From positions 1,408,001-1,472,000 of the forward strand of contig CAWJCS010000005.1 of the NCBI GenBank assembly GCA_963841435.1: DNA of 64,000 nucleotides, given 5' to 3'. Position 1 is the first letter of the stretch, and each line of letters starts with the position of its first letter. Of the stretch, positions 1-11,114 are shown one piece after another. The position numbers were made by a program, and so were the translations under genes. The notes below the pieces were generated by a model, which saw only the letters and a program-made list of their open reading frames with translations, searched no databases and had not been told where the DNA came from. The stretch is from an uncultured delta proteobacterium (GTDB lineage Bacteria > Myxococcota_A > Polyangia > Polyangiales > Polyangiaceae).

Positions 1-686
1 TCGAACAGACGGTGGGCGATGTCCTCGACGCGCTCACGCCTCACGGCCTTGACGAGGCGGGATCCGAACCTGGCGATCAGCCGAATGCCGGCGCTCCTGA
101 GGCGCCGGATCGTCACACTCGCGACGCCCGCGATGAGCACGCCCAGGAGCACCGCCGCACCCACCTGCAGGCTCGACTGCTGTGTCTGCCGGGCCAGGAG
201 CGCCCCCGTGACGACGATCATCGCGCAAACGACGATGAGGTCCAGGATGCGTTCGATCGCGACCAGACCCAGCCCCACGGCGCGGCGAACGCCAAAAGCC
301 TTGAGCAGCTCCGCCTTCACGACGTCGCCCGCGCGGGCCGGCGTCGCCAGGGAGGCGCTCAGTCCGAGTAGAAAGATGCGGAAGCCGTCAGCGACCCCGT
401 AGCCCTTGGCCCCGGCTCGCACGGCGAGAGCGTGGTAGCGGAGACCACGCGACACCAGGTGCGCTCCGATCAGAGTGAAAACGGCGCCGAGATCCGTGGC
501 GTCGAGCCGCGACAGCACGGAGACGAAGCGCTCGCGGTCGATCGTGCGAGCCGCCAGCACGACGATCGCGAGGTAGCCCGCGACGGCCACGAGCAAGCGG
601 ACGTACCGGCGGCTGGATCTCGCTCCAGCGGTCCGGGTTGCCGCCGCCTCGTTGCCGGCCGGTGGGTCTTCGGACGGAGTCACCAC
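1..686 (-). CDS. Lysylphosphatidylglycerol synthase TM / UPF0104 flippase-like membrane protein (3' end runs off the window)
   Basis: Manual minus-strand translation from GTG 686 gives hydrophobic helices and the motifs TPARAGDVVKAELL and GLVAIERILDL typical of this family; absent from the ORF track because it has no stop in the window. Confidence 0.7.
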   Translation of the reverse strand, partial: MVTPSEDPPAGNEAAATRTAGARSSRRYVRLLVAVAGYLAIVVLAARTIDRERFVSVLSRLDATDLGAVFTLIGAHLVSRGLRYHALAVRAGAKGYGVADGFRIFLLGLSASLATPARAGDVVKAELLKAFGVRRAVGLGLVAIERILDLIVVCAMIVVTGALLARQTQQSSLQVGAAVLLGVLIAGVASVTIRRLRSAGIRLIARFGSRLVKAVRRERVEDIAHRLF

Positions 687-799
687 GTCGCCATGCCGAC
701 GCGTACCAGATGCGTCGCCGAAAATGAACGAGCATCGGGGTTTTTCGCCCGGCAGGAACGCGAGCCCGGCGGGGGCGTCGAAAGCCCCCGCCGGCCAGG

Positions 800-2185
800 T
801 CAATGCGAGCAGTCGTTCAGCTCGGGGACCGGAACGGCGCGGAACCAGAACAGCTTGGCGAGAATCGGGTTCGGGGGTTGACCGAGCAAGGGGTCGTCGC
901 CTACGCGGGGCGCGACGTGCCGTACCCCGCGATATTCGTAGACGAGCTCGAGGTCGGGGCTGAAGGCCGCGAGCTGCTGCATCGCGAAGAAAGTGTACCG
1001 GGTCCCCTGGCGGCCCGACTCACTGAGGTCGTGGTCGCTCGACGAAACGATGCTCACGAGATCGTCCTGAAAATGGAACACGCGCATGGCGCGCGGCATG
1101 ACGAAGTGGTTCCAGAGCTCGCCCTCGGTCTGCACGTTGCTGAACATGGTGAAGCTCGATTCGGTCTTGAGTCCGAGGAAGGGGCAAAGGGCGTTGAGCG
1201 TCACCAAGATGGGCGTGATCCAGAGCCACCCGTTCATCGGCCTGAAACGCACGGGGGGCGCCACGAGCCGAGGCATCTTCAGCCACGCGAGCGCGACCAG
1301 CGTCACGAGACCGAGCGTGAAGGCGGCCCAGATGGCCTTGAAGAGAAGCAGGGTGAAGCGGCGGCGGAATGCGTCGTCCGGCACGACGAAGGGGAACACG
1401 CCGACCACGACGACGACCGCGGCGAGCACGATCGCCGCGCTGGCACGCCCCCGCGCGAGCCTCTGCACGAGGGCTACCACCCGACGGGACGCGCGCGAGC
1501 GAACGAGGACGTCACGCGCGCGCTCGACCAGCTCCGGCGGCGCGAACAGCGCATAGAGGGGGAGCAGCGACGCCGAGAAGTTGAAGAAGCCGTTGATGCC
1601 GAGAATCATATGGAAGAGCGTGCCCAAAATCAGCGTGATCGGGCGGGTCTTGCGCCAGAGCAGGGCGACCGGCAAGAGGCCCTCGACGACGAGCACCTGG
1701 TAGATCGAAAGCTCCCCTGCCCACGCTCCCTTCGGCAAAAACGGCAGCTTGTGCGCGAGCCAGTCGTACATCGTCCTCGAGCAGCTCACGTCGGGGTTGA
1801 AAAACCCTGCGTTGAGCTTCGCGAGCGTGACGCACACGTAGAGAATCACGAGATGCACGCGCAGCGTGGGTGCGAAGGTCTCGAACCAGTGCTCGCCGTC
1901 CAACTTCGCGCCACCCCGGCCGACGAGGCAGAGCGCCGCGATCAGGATCGTCAGGTCGCCGAAGCTGAGCAGCCACCAATGGTTCGTCTCGAACGGCAGG
2001 TGATACGCGAACGTCGCCAGCTGCACGCCGGCGAGCAGCACCGCGCTGCTCGGCAGCGGTCGAAGCAGCATCCAGAGCGCGGCGAGGTCGAGCGCGATGT
2101 CAACCGAAATGCCCGCGAAGTGCCCCGCCCGACCCTGGTGGATCAGGATCGCGAACGCCCAGAGAAACGTGAAGAGACGAAACAT
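800..2185 (-). CDS. Polytopic membrane protein, HTTM-like
   Basis: 461 aa with many TM segments; NH motif, AKLNAGFF..C and FHMILG resemble the HTTM domain; soluble C-terminal tail. Confidence 0.6.
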   Translation of the reverse strand: MFRLFTFLWAFAILIHQGRAGHFAGISVDIALDLAALWMLLRPLPSSAVLLAGVQLATFAYHLPFETNHWWLLSFGDLTILIAALCLVGRGGAKLDGEHWFETFAPTLRVHLVILYVCVTLAKLNAGFFNPDVSCSRTMYDWLAHKLPFLPKGAWAGELSIYQVLVVEGLLPVALLWRKTRPITLILGTLFHMILGINGFFNFSASLLPLYALFAPPELVERARDVLVRSRASRRVVALVQRLARGRASAAIVLAAVVVVVGVFPFVVPDDAFRRRFTLLLFKAIWAAFTLGLVTLVALAWLKMPRLVAPPVRFRPMNGWLWITPILVTLNALCPFLGLKTESSFTMFSNVQTEGELWNHFVMPRAMRVFHFQDDLVSIVSSSDHDLSESGRQGTRYTFFAMQQLAAFSPDLELVYEYRGVRHVAPRVGDDPLLGQPPNPILAKLFWFRAVPVPELNDCSH

Positions 2186-2318
2186 CCGTGTGGCGAGAAG
2201 CAGCGCTCGTACCGCAGACCGTCCCGCGCCTCAAGTGCGGACGACGGCGATCGCGGCGCAAAATCCGTCTCGCGTGCGCGGCACCGCGCATGAAGTGCGC
2301 GGCCGTTGGCTTTGCCCT

Positions 2319-3869
2319 ATGCTCGGCCGCCCCGTGCTCGGACAAACGACTTCGACAGCGCCGCCAGCCAGCGACAGGACGAGCAAGCACAAGCTGACCA
2401 GGGATCTCAAGCGCGGATCCTTCTGGGTGCTCGCCGGCTACGGGGGCGGGCAGGCCCTTCGCCTCGGCAGCAACCTGGTGTTGTGGCGACTGCTCTACCC
2501 CGAAGCGTTCGGTCTGATGGCGCTCGTGAACACGTTCCTACAGGGGCTGCACATGTTCTCGGACGTCGGAATCGGCCCGAGCATCGTCCAGAGCCCACGA
2601 GGTGACGAGCCCGAGTACCTGAACACGGCCTGGACCATTCAGGTGGCACGAAGTCTCGTGCTTTTCACGATCGCCTGCGTCGCAGCCCGCGCCGTGGCGC
2701 ATTTCTACGACGCTCCCCCGCTCGCCACGCTCATCCCGCTGGTCGCGCTGGTGACCATCATCTCCGGGTTCAATTCCACACGCCTCGTGACGGCGAAGCG
2801 CCACGTGGCGCTGGGCCGCGCAACGGCCATCGATCTGATCTCGCAGGCATCGGGCATCGCCATCGTGATCCCATGGGCGTACGTCACCCGCGACGTGATG
2901 GCGTTCGCCGTCGGCGCCGTCGCGTCGGCGATCGTCAAGCTCGCTCTGAGCCACACCTTCCTACCGGGCGTGCAGAATCGCTTCACCTGGGATCGACCGA
3001 GCGCACACGCCCTGCTCCGCTTCGGGCGCTGGGTCTTTCTGAGCACGCTCTTGACGTTCGCGGTGCTGCAGTCGGACCGACTGATCTTCGGCAAGCTCGT
3101 CTCGCTCCAGACGCTCGGGGTCTACAGCATCGCCACGGTGTGGGCGACGATCCCCGTCACGGTCGTCTCGCAGGTCGCAAGCTCCGTGATCTTTCCCTTG
3201 CTCAGCCGCGTGCACAACGCCAGAGGCGACTTCGCCGGCGCGCTCAAGCAGACGCGCACGACCTGGCTCGTACTGGCGGGCTGGATGGTGGCGTGCCTCG
3301 GAGCAACCGGGCCGACGCTCATCAGGTTCCTCTACGACCAGCGGGCCAAGGACGCCGGATGGATTCTCCAGTTTCTCTCCGTCGGGACCTGGTTCGCGAG
3401 CCTCGAGATGCCCAACCGAATGGCGCTCCTGGCGCGCGGCCGTCCACTGTGGATGTCCGTGGACAGCAGTGCCAAGCTCGTGGCCATGGTGGCCCTGATT
3501 CCGACCGGCTACCTCCAATTCGGGTTTCCGGGCGCGGTCGCGGGGTTCGCGGGCGCAGAGCTGTTTTCCTATCTCGCCTCGCTCGTCGGGCTCGCGCGTG
3601 CAGGCGTCTCTGGGCTGCTGGTCAACGCGTCGCTTTCCGCCCTGGTGCTCGCAACGACCGTCGCGGGCGATTTCTTGCGCTGGCCGGTGCGACAGCTGGT
3701 CCAGCGCGTGGGCCTGCCCTACCGGGCGACCGCCTTCGTCGAGGGGATGCTGCTCGTGCTCGCCATCTCGAGCGTCTGGGCTGCCGCCTACTTCGGCTAC
3801 CGGCGCTTCTCACGCACACCGACCTCGAGCCCGACGACGGCGTCCTTCCCCCCTTCGGTGAGCCCCTGA
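2319..3869 (+). CDS. wzx: Oligosaccharide flippase (Wzx/PST family)
   Basis: Motifs RLLYPEAFGLMA, FSDVGIGPSIVQ, LNTAWTIQ, DRLIFGK..LGVYSIA; start taken at ATG 2319, in frame with ORF 2097..3869. Confidence 0.85.
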   Translation: MLGRPVLGQTTSTAPPASDRTSKHKLTRDLKRGSFWVLAGYGGGQALRLGSNLVLWRLLYPEAFGLMALVNTFLQGLHMFSDVGIGPSIVQSPRGDEPEYLNTAWTIQVARSLVLFTIACVAARAVAHFYDAPPLATLIPLVALVTIISGFNSTRLVTAKRHVALGRATAIDLISQASGIAIVIPWAYVTRDVMAFAVGAVASAIVKLALSHTFLPGVQNRFTWDRPSAHALLRFGRWVFLSTLLTFAVLQSDRLIFGKLVSLQTLGVYSIATVWATIPVTVVSQVASSVIFPLLSRVHNARGDFAGALKQTRTTWLVLAGWMVACLGATGPTLIRFLYDQRAKDAGWILQFLSVGTWFASLEMPNRMALLARGRPLWMSVDSSAKLVAMVALIPTGYLQFGFPGAVAGFAGAELFSYLASLVGLARAGVSGLLVNASLSALVLATTVAGDFLRWPVRQLVQRVGLPYRATAFVEGMLLVLAISSVWAAAYFGYRRFSRTPTSSPTTASFPPSVSP

Positions 3870-3912
3870 GCCTCCTGGCCAGCGAAGACCCGCCGGGCTA
3901 GGGACCTCTGGC

Positions 3913-4862
3913 ATGGGTCGCCGCTACCTGCTCGTCTCACCCTGCCGCGACGAAGCGGCGTACCTGGAGACCACCCTCGAGACGGTCTGCGCGCAAAGCG
4001 TCAAGCCGACCACCTGGCTCATCGTCGACGACGGGTCGACGGACCAGACACCCGAGATCCTCGCGCGCGCCGCCGCGAAGTATCCCTTCATTCAGGTCGT
4101 GCGCCGCGACGATCGCGGACACCGCTCCGTCGGCCCCGGCGTCATCGACGCGTTTTACCACGGGCTCGGCCACGTGCGGCTCGAGGACTACGACTACCTC
4201 TGCAAGCTCGATTGCGATCTCGAGCTGCCCCCCGGTATTTCGAGCGGCTCATGGAGCACTTCGAGGGTGATCCGTGGCTCGGCACGCTTTCGGGCAAGCT
4301 CCACGTCCGCTTCGGCGATCGCCTGGTGCGGGAGCGAACCGGCGACGAAAACTCGGTGGGGCCCGCGAAATTCTATCGCGTCGGATGTTTTCGAAGCATC
4401 GGCGGCTTCGTGCGCGAAGTGTGCTGGGACGGCATCGACGGACACATGTGCCGCATGAAGGGCTGGGTCGCTCGTTCGATCGACGAGCGCGAGCTCGCCA
4501 TCGTTCATCTTCGACAAATGGGCTCTAGCCACGTCAACATTTGGACCGGCCGCACGCGGTGGGGTCGCGGGAAGTACTTCATGGGCTCCACGCCGTATTA
4601 CATGGCCGCGGTCTGCCTCTACCGAATGGTCGAGCGACCCTACGTGCTCGGCGGGCTCGGCATCCTGTGGGGTTATGCCAAGGCGGCACTGGACGGCAAC
4701 AAGCGCATCACGGACGAGGAGTACCTGGCGTTCGTGCGTCAGTTCGAGCGCGACTCGCTGATCTTCGGCAAGAGGGGCGCGGTCGATCGCTACGACGAGA
4801 AGCTCCGCGAGCGCCCACCGCCTGCGTCCATCGCGGTGAGCGAGCGCGATCGGAGCGGCTAG
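3913..4862 (+). CDS. GT2 glycosyltransferase, frameshifted at the C-run 4228-4233
   Basis: VSPCRDE, IVDDGSTD and KLDCD in ORF 3913..4458; continues in ORF 4212..4862 (GGF..WDGID); adding one C joins the two. Confidence 0.85.
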
Positions 4863-4863
4863 G

Positions 4864-7148
4864 GTGCGCGCCCGTGCCGCAGCGCCCTGGGCACTCTTGC
4901 TGGTGGCCCTCGGTGTCGGCGCCGCCGTGTTCCGAGGTTTCGAAACGAGCGCGACTCCCGGCGCGAGCCCACCGGTCCCCGCACCGCACGTCGAGGCCGT
5001 CTCGACGCGCGCGGCGCTCGAGGGCTCGTGGGGTCCGGACGCCGTGGCGAGGGACAACGGCGATGCCTGGCTCGACTTCGAGCCCCCGCCCGACGACTTC
5101 GAACCGGCCGAGCTCGACCTCCGCCCGTGGAACGAGAAGCGCGCCGGGGATTTCGGCACCGTCGGGACCGCGGCGGGGGCCCTGACGACCGGTCCCCTCG
5201 GCCTTCCCTGGCGTTTCTGGGGAGTCAATGCGGGACAGCGCGTGCTCGACCTCGACGACGAACAGATGCACGTGTTCGCCGGCACGCTCGCCAAGCGCGG
5301 CGTGAATCTCGTGCGTCTCCACGTGCAGTACTGGCTCGACAAGGACATCACCCGAGTCGAACGCGAAGCTGGTCGAGCGGACGCATCGTCTGGTTCACGA
5401 GCTCGACGACGCGGGTATCCGTACGGCGCTCTCGATCTTCTTTCCGTACTGGATGCGGGTGCGCGCCAAGGACTTTCCCGGCTACGACGGAGAGGAGCGG
5501 GCGTTCGGCCTCATCTACACGGACGAGCGGTTCAGAACCATCTATCGCGGTTGGTGGCGTCAGCTGCTCACCCCCCCGAGCCCCTGGACCGGGCAACCGC
5601 TCGTCGCCGATCGGGGCCTTGCCTTCGTCGAGCTCGTCAACGAGGACTCGACGCTGTTCTGGACCTTCGACCCATACGATCGCCTGCCGGCAACGCAGAC
5701 GCACGCGCTCGAGCGCGCCTTCGGGCGGTTCGTCGCCAGCCGCTATGGCAGCGTGGAAGCGGCCTTGGCTCGCTGGGGCGGAGGCCGCGTGCGGGGCGAC
5801 GACCCAAAGGACGGCCGTGCGGGAGTGCTGAGTCTGCGCACCATCGCCCGTGTCACCACGGCGCGCACACGCGATACGGCTGAGTTTCTCGCGCGACACA
5901 TGCGCGACGTGTACGAGGGGCTGAGGACTTACCTACGCGACGAGCTCGGCTTGCGGGTCCCGGTCGTGTGCTCGAATTGGGTCACCGCGAGCGCCGTGCG
6001 CCTCGGTCCGCTCGACAAGTGGGCGAACACCGCCTGCGACGTGATGGACCAGCACGGATATTTCTCCGGGCCCCACGAGGGAACGCATGCCTCGTACCGG
6101 ATCGTCGCGGGTCAGCAGTACGACGACCGAAGCGCGCTCGTCCTCGATCCAGCAACGGGGGCGAGCGCCGTCGCGGATCTGCCCACGAACGCCATGCGCT
6201 TCCAGGGCAAGCCGAGCATCGTCTCCGAGGTCAACTGGCCGGAGCCCAATCGCTTCCGCGCGGAGGCCCCCTTTCTGGCCCTCGCTTATGGATCGCTGCA
6301 CGGGACGGACGGCTTTGCATTTTTTGCCACGCAGACCCCTGGATTCGCCGAGACGCTCAGCAAGTTCGTCATCGCCGATCCCACCGTGCTCGGAATGTTT
6401 CCGGGCGCAGCGCTCGCGTTTCGCCTCGGGTACCTGGCCGAAGCGAAGCCCGCCGCGAGCGTCAACCTCTCCACGGGTTCTCTCTTCGAGCTCCGCGGCA
6501 GCTCGTTGTTCGAGACACGCTCGGGGGACCCGCTGCGTCGGCGCGAGCTCGGGGGCGACGCCTCGCGCGGCGCGGCGCTCGATCCGCTCACCTTCCTCGT
6601 CGGTCCCGTCAACGTGAGCTTCGACCGCTCGAACCCGACAGAGGTTTCACCGCCAACCGGGCTCTACGGCGCGGACGCAGTCCGTTCGTCGAACGGGGGA
6701 GCTCGAGATGGACTTGCGACGCGGAGTGCTCACGCTGAACGCACCGCGGGCAGAGGGGGCCGTGGGGTTCCTCTCGCGACGGAGCCCGATCGAGCTCGGC
6801 GTGCTGCGCATCGAGACAGGGCTCGAGTACGGTGCGCTGCTCGCGGTACCCCTCGACGGAGAGCCGCTCGCGCGCTCGAAACGCGTGCTCGTCGAGGTGG
6901 TATCCGAGCTTCAGAACACGGGCTTTCTTGCGCGCGGCGCGGGGAAGCGAACGATCTTGAACGTCGGCCACGCGCCGATCCAACTGCGGCGACTGGACGG
7001 AAGGGTCACGCTGCGGCGCCCCAACGTCGCCCGCCTGCAGGCCATCGCCCTCGACGCCAACGGGCGCCGTCTGCGGGAAGCTCGCGACCTGACGAACGGC
7101 CTCGTGCTCCTGCCGGACGCGCTCTATTACCTGCTCGTGGCGGAATGA
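4864..7148 (+). CDS. Exported clan GH-A-like (GH5-like) glycoside hydrolase, split by two frameshifts (about 5360 and 6692)
   Basis: N-terminal hydrophobic segment; RFWGVN, GVNLVRLH, ELVNEDS (NE acid/base), DQHGY, IVSEVNW (nucleophile Glu); three consecutive frames join if one base is removed at each site. Confidence 0.6.
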
Positions 7149-7151
7149 ACG

Positions 7152-7811
7152 CTACTCGACGACGATCGCATCGCCGTCACGCAGCCGGAACCGCACGCTC
7201 GCGGCCTCGGCAGCGACCAGGTCCGAGTAGCGAAAGCGCACGCGAGGGCTGGACCTGTCGTGTCGAATCACGAAAATCGAGTCCTCGTCGGCAAATGTGC
7301 TGAGCCCGCCCGCCCTCGCGAGCACGTCGAGCACGCCCTCGTCACCGGTCAACGCGTACCTGCCGGCCGTCTTCACCTCCCCGAGCACGCTCACGGTCGG
7401 AGGGGGGCGCACGGCGATGAGGATCGTGACACGGGGGTCGGCGAGCACGCCCCGCAGCCGGTTCGTGACTTCGGCCGCCAGCGCGTCCGCGGTCCTGCCG
7501 GCGGTATTGAAACGTCCAGCGGTCGGCAAGACGACTTCGCCGCCCGGTCGCACGTCGAACTCGCCCGACATCTCCAACTGATTCGCGACCACCACCTGCA
7601 GCTTGTCACCGGGGAGGATCACCTTGTCTTCGTTGGGATCCGGGGGCGGCAGCTGACTGGCCCAGACGTAGGTGCGTGACGTGCCGCAAGCGAGCGCGAG
7701 ACCCGCCGCGAGAACGAGCGATGAGCGCCGCGTCACGCGCGATGGGGCGGCATGCGCGGCGCCACGGACGGCGACTCCACGCGGCACGTTGCGGGAGCGA
7801 TGCGTTGTCAT
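7152..7811 (-). CDS. Short polysaccharide export lipoprotein (OPX/Wza family: PES plus one SLBB domain)
   Basis: Lipobox LALAC; ILPGDKLQV, VRPGGEVVLP, VSVLGEVKTAG, LARAGG, LRDGDAIVVE. Confidence 0.9.
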   Translation of the reverse strand: MTTHRSRNVPRGVAVRGAAHAAPSRVTRRSSLVLAAGLALACGTSRTYVWASQLPPPDPNEDKVILPGDKLQVVVANQLEMSGEFDVRPGGEVVLPTAGRFNTAGRTADALAAEVTNRLRGVLADPRVTILIAVRPPPTVSVLGEVKTAGRYALTGDEGVLDVLARAGGLSTFADEDSIFVIRHDRSSPRVRFRYSDLVAAEAASVRFRLRDGDAIVVE

Positions 7812-7945
7812 TCGGAGACCACAGTGCTACCGGGAAAATCGCCGCGCCGCATCCCGCAACGCGAGCCCGACGCGGCTCGCACGATACCATACGAGCGCGC
7901 TCGGCAATCCCGAACCACCGCCGCCCCGCCGAGTCCGCACGGCCC

Positions 7946-9166
7946 GTGAGCCAGCCCCGTCCCCAACCCGACCGATCGGTGCTCGTGCGAGCGCTTTCAC
8001 GGCCGCTCGCCGTGGGGCTCCTGCTGCGCCTCGCGTGGATTCTCGTTTGCCCGAACGAGCCGACCTCCGACCAGGTCGTCTATCACGATTCTGCCCGCTG
8101 GCTCGTCGAGCGCTTGTCGTACGTCAACGCGACCGGCAACCCGGCGGGGTACTGGCCGGTCGGTTACTCGGCGCTGCTCGCTCCGTTCTACGCTCTCTTC
8201 GGCCCCCATCCTGCGGTTGCCTTCGTCGTCAATGCGTTGCTCGGGGGCCTCACGATTGTGACGACCGGGGGACTTGCCGCGACGCTTTTCGGAATCAGGG
8301 CGGGTCGCGCCGCCGCCTGGGTGGTGGCGCTCTTGCCGACCGGCGTCCTCTACACGACCTGCATCGCCTCCGAGAACGCCGTGCTTCCCGGTCTCATGGG
8401 AGCGATGTGGCTGATGGCGACGCCAGGCGAGGGCAAGCGGCGGATCGGGCTCGACATCATGGCCGGGGTCGTCCTCGCCGCGACGACGTACGTGCGGGGA
8501 ACCGCGCTCCCCTTCGCGGCAATTCCGCTGGCACTGTCGTTCCGGACTCCGTGGCTCGCGGTGCGCCGTGCCGCGACGGTCGGCGCGTGCCTACTCGCGC
8601 TCACCCTGCCCTGGGCTTTCCGCAATCACGCCGATTTCGGCACCTACTCACTCACGTCCATCAACGCCGGAGCGAATCTGTGGATGGGCAACCGCGAGGG
8701 CACCGACGGAATGGCCGCGTCGCTGCCACCGGACCTGCCAGACGACCTTGCGGTGCGTGACGCCGAGCTCAGGCAGAGGGCGATCGGAATCATCCTCGCA
8801 GACCCGGTCCGGTCCGCGCGCCTCGCGTTCCTTCGGAGCTGGGTCACGCTGCGCTCGGACACGATCGCGGCGAGCTGGAACGTGGTGGGACTCGAAGCGC
8901 GCTTCGGTAAGCGGGCCGTCACTGTCGCCAAGGTGGCGTGCACGCTCGGGTATTTTGCGCTGCTCGGCGCCGCGGCCCTCGGCCTTTTCGCGCGTTTCCG
9001 AGCCAGATTGCTCGATCGGGGTGACGCCGTCCTGGCGCTCGGCTGCGCACTGATTGCGCTGCCCTTCGTCGTCATCGTGGGCGGCAACCGCTACGGCCTA
9101 CCCTTGCAGCCACTGCTTTCGTGCTGGGCCGGGTTCAAGCTCGCCCAGTCGCGAAATTCTTACTAA
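7946..9166 (+). CDS. ArnT/PMT-like (GT-C) membrane glycosyltransferase
   Basis: D..YH in the first loop, YWPVGYS, SE motif, LPWAFRN...G, GANLWMGN, RY near the C-terminus; many TM helices; start at GTG 7946 is inferred. Confidence 0.7.
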   Translation: MSQPRPQPDRSVLVRALSRPLAVGLLLRLAWILVCPNEPTSDQVVYHDSARWLVERLSYVNATGNPAGYWPVGYSALLAPFYALFGPHPAVAFVVNALLGGLTIVTTGGLAATLFGIRAGRAAAWVVALLPTGVLYTTCIASENAVLPGLMGAMWLMATPGEGKRRIGLDIMAGVVLAATTYVRGTALPFAAIPLALSFRTPWLAVRRAATVGACLLALTLPWAFRNHADFGTYSLTSINAGANLWMGNREGTDGMAASLPPDLPDDLAVRDAELRQRAIGIILADPVRSARLAFLRSWVTLRSDTIAASWNVVGLEARFGKRAVTVAKVACTLGYFALLGAAALGLFARFRARLLDRGDAVLALGCALIALPFVVIVGGNRYGLPLQPLLSCWAGFKLAQSRNSY

Positions 9167-9325
9167 CCAGTTGCTGCGCTCGGAGCGTGTCGCAGTGATA
9201 CAACTGTCGGGGCTTCGGCAAGAGCGCCGGAGTTGTCACCTGGTGCCGAGCGGCGCTAAGCCTCGAAGCGAGAGCCGCGCCATCACGCCCCGCCCTGACC
9301 GAACGGGCATTTCGCGCAACACTCT

Positions 9326-11114
9326 ATGGAGCGCATGACCGACACGCCGTCCGACCAGAAAAAACAAGTCCTCACGGTCAACGTCGAAGACTACTTCCAC
9401 GTCTGGGCGATCAGGAATTCGGATGCGGTGCGCCGCAAGCATTGGGATCGACTCGACCCACGCATCGAAAGCAGCGTGAACGCAACGCTGGAGCTCTTGC
9501 GAGAACACGACGCCAAGGGAACCTTCTTCGTATTCGGTTGCATCGCCGATGCCTTTCCCGCGCTCGTTGCGAGCATCGTCGCCGACGGTCACGAGGTCGC
9601 CAGCCGCGGCTACCTTCCTCGCAGCCTGATCGGGCTCGGAAGGGCGGAATTCGTCGAACGACCTCGGCCAGGCAAAGCTCGCGCTCGAGCGGGCCGGCGC
9701 CAACCGGGTCATCGGCTACCGCTCACCCGTGTGGATTGGGCAGAGCCATCTCTGGATGCTCGATGCGCTTGCGGAAGCGGGCTACGTGTACGACTCGAGC
9801 GTCAACCCCGTGCTGCGGCGCTTCGCCGAACGACCCGAGTTCTTCGGCGTCCGCGAACACGATACGTTGGGCGGCAAGCTCTGGGAGTACCCGATCACGA
9901 CGGCCGGAGCCCTCGGCGTGCGGCTGACGATTTCCGGGGGCAACTACATCCGCCAGCTGCCTCACAGCGTGCTTTCGCGCGCCTTGGCCCGGCGCATCGA
10001 GTCCGAAGCGGAGCCCGTCGTCTTCTATTTCATGCCGTGGGAGCTCGACGTGGGTCAGCCGCACATCTCCGGTCTCTCCGTGATGAGCAGCATGCGGCAG
10101 TACCGCAATCTTGCGAAAACGCGCTGGGTTCTCAAGCAATACCTGTCTCGCTACTCGTTCCATTCCATTGCCGACGACCTCGGCCTGGCCCACCCCGCCA
10201 TGAGCGACGCGGAGCGTCCGCCGCGGCTGGTCGACGAGATCATCGAGCCGATGCCGGAGAGCGGGCCCAAGCGCGAAGCCACGCTGGTGATCCCGATCTT
10301 CAATGAAGAGCAAAACGTCCGCTACCTCTACCGGACCTTGTCCGGCTTCAGGGCTCGCCTCGCGCGGCGCTATCGCCTGCACCTCGTGCTCGTCGACGAT
10401 GCGAGCACCGATCAAACCTGGGAGCTTTTGAACGAGCACTTCGGGCCCGCCACCGACACGATACTCGTCCGCCACGACCACAATCGCGGGGTGGCCGCCG
10501 CGATCCTCACGGGCATCCATTCCGCGCCGACGGAGGTGGTCTGTTCGATCGACTGTGACTGCTCGTACGATCCGGACGACTTGGGCGGCATGCTGCCTCT
10601 CATCGATCAGGGAGATCTCGTGACGGCCTCGCCGTACCACCCCGACGGCAAGGTGATGAACGTACCCAGCTGGCGGCTGTTCCTCTCGAAAACCCTGTCG
10701 AAGATGTACTCGGCCATGCTGGGCGAGCGCTTTTACACGTACACGAGCTGCTGCCGCGTCTACCGCAAGGACTCGCTCGACAACGTCGAGATCACGAACG
10801 GCGGCTTCCTGGGCGTCGCCGAAACGCTCATCGAGCTGAAACGCCACGGCGGGAAGGTCATCGAGTACCCCGCCACCCTGGAGTCGCGCCTGTTCGGGGA
10901 GTCGAAGATGAAGGTCGCCCGCACGATCGGTCGGCACCTCGGCATGTTGAGCAAGCTTGCGCGCATTCGCCTGAGCGGTCACGGCCTCGCGTACGCGCCG
11001 AGCACGCGTGCCCCGCGCGAGCACAGCTCGGCTCACTGGTGGCGCAGCGCCCCCCCGGCCGCCACGAGTGACCCCCCCAAGCCACCGCCCTCGACCACGA
11101 GGGTCGCTTCGTGA
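9326..11114 (+). CDS. Polysaccharide deacetylase (DUF3473/XrtA-type) fused to a DPM1/ArnC-like GT2 domain; frameshift at about 9657
   Basis: TVNVEDYFH, TFFVFG, GYRSP, YVYDSS, GGNYIR, YFMPWELD, followed by VIPIFNEE, VDDASTD, IDCDCSY, R.FGESK. Confidence 0.8.

Noticed and set aside
9167-9222. Imperfect inverted repeat (CAGTTG...CAACTG) after the GT-C gene
   Set aside because: No U-tract and no recognisable RNA family; too weak to call
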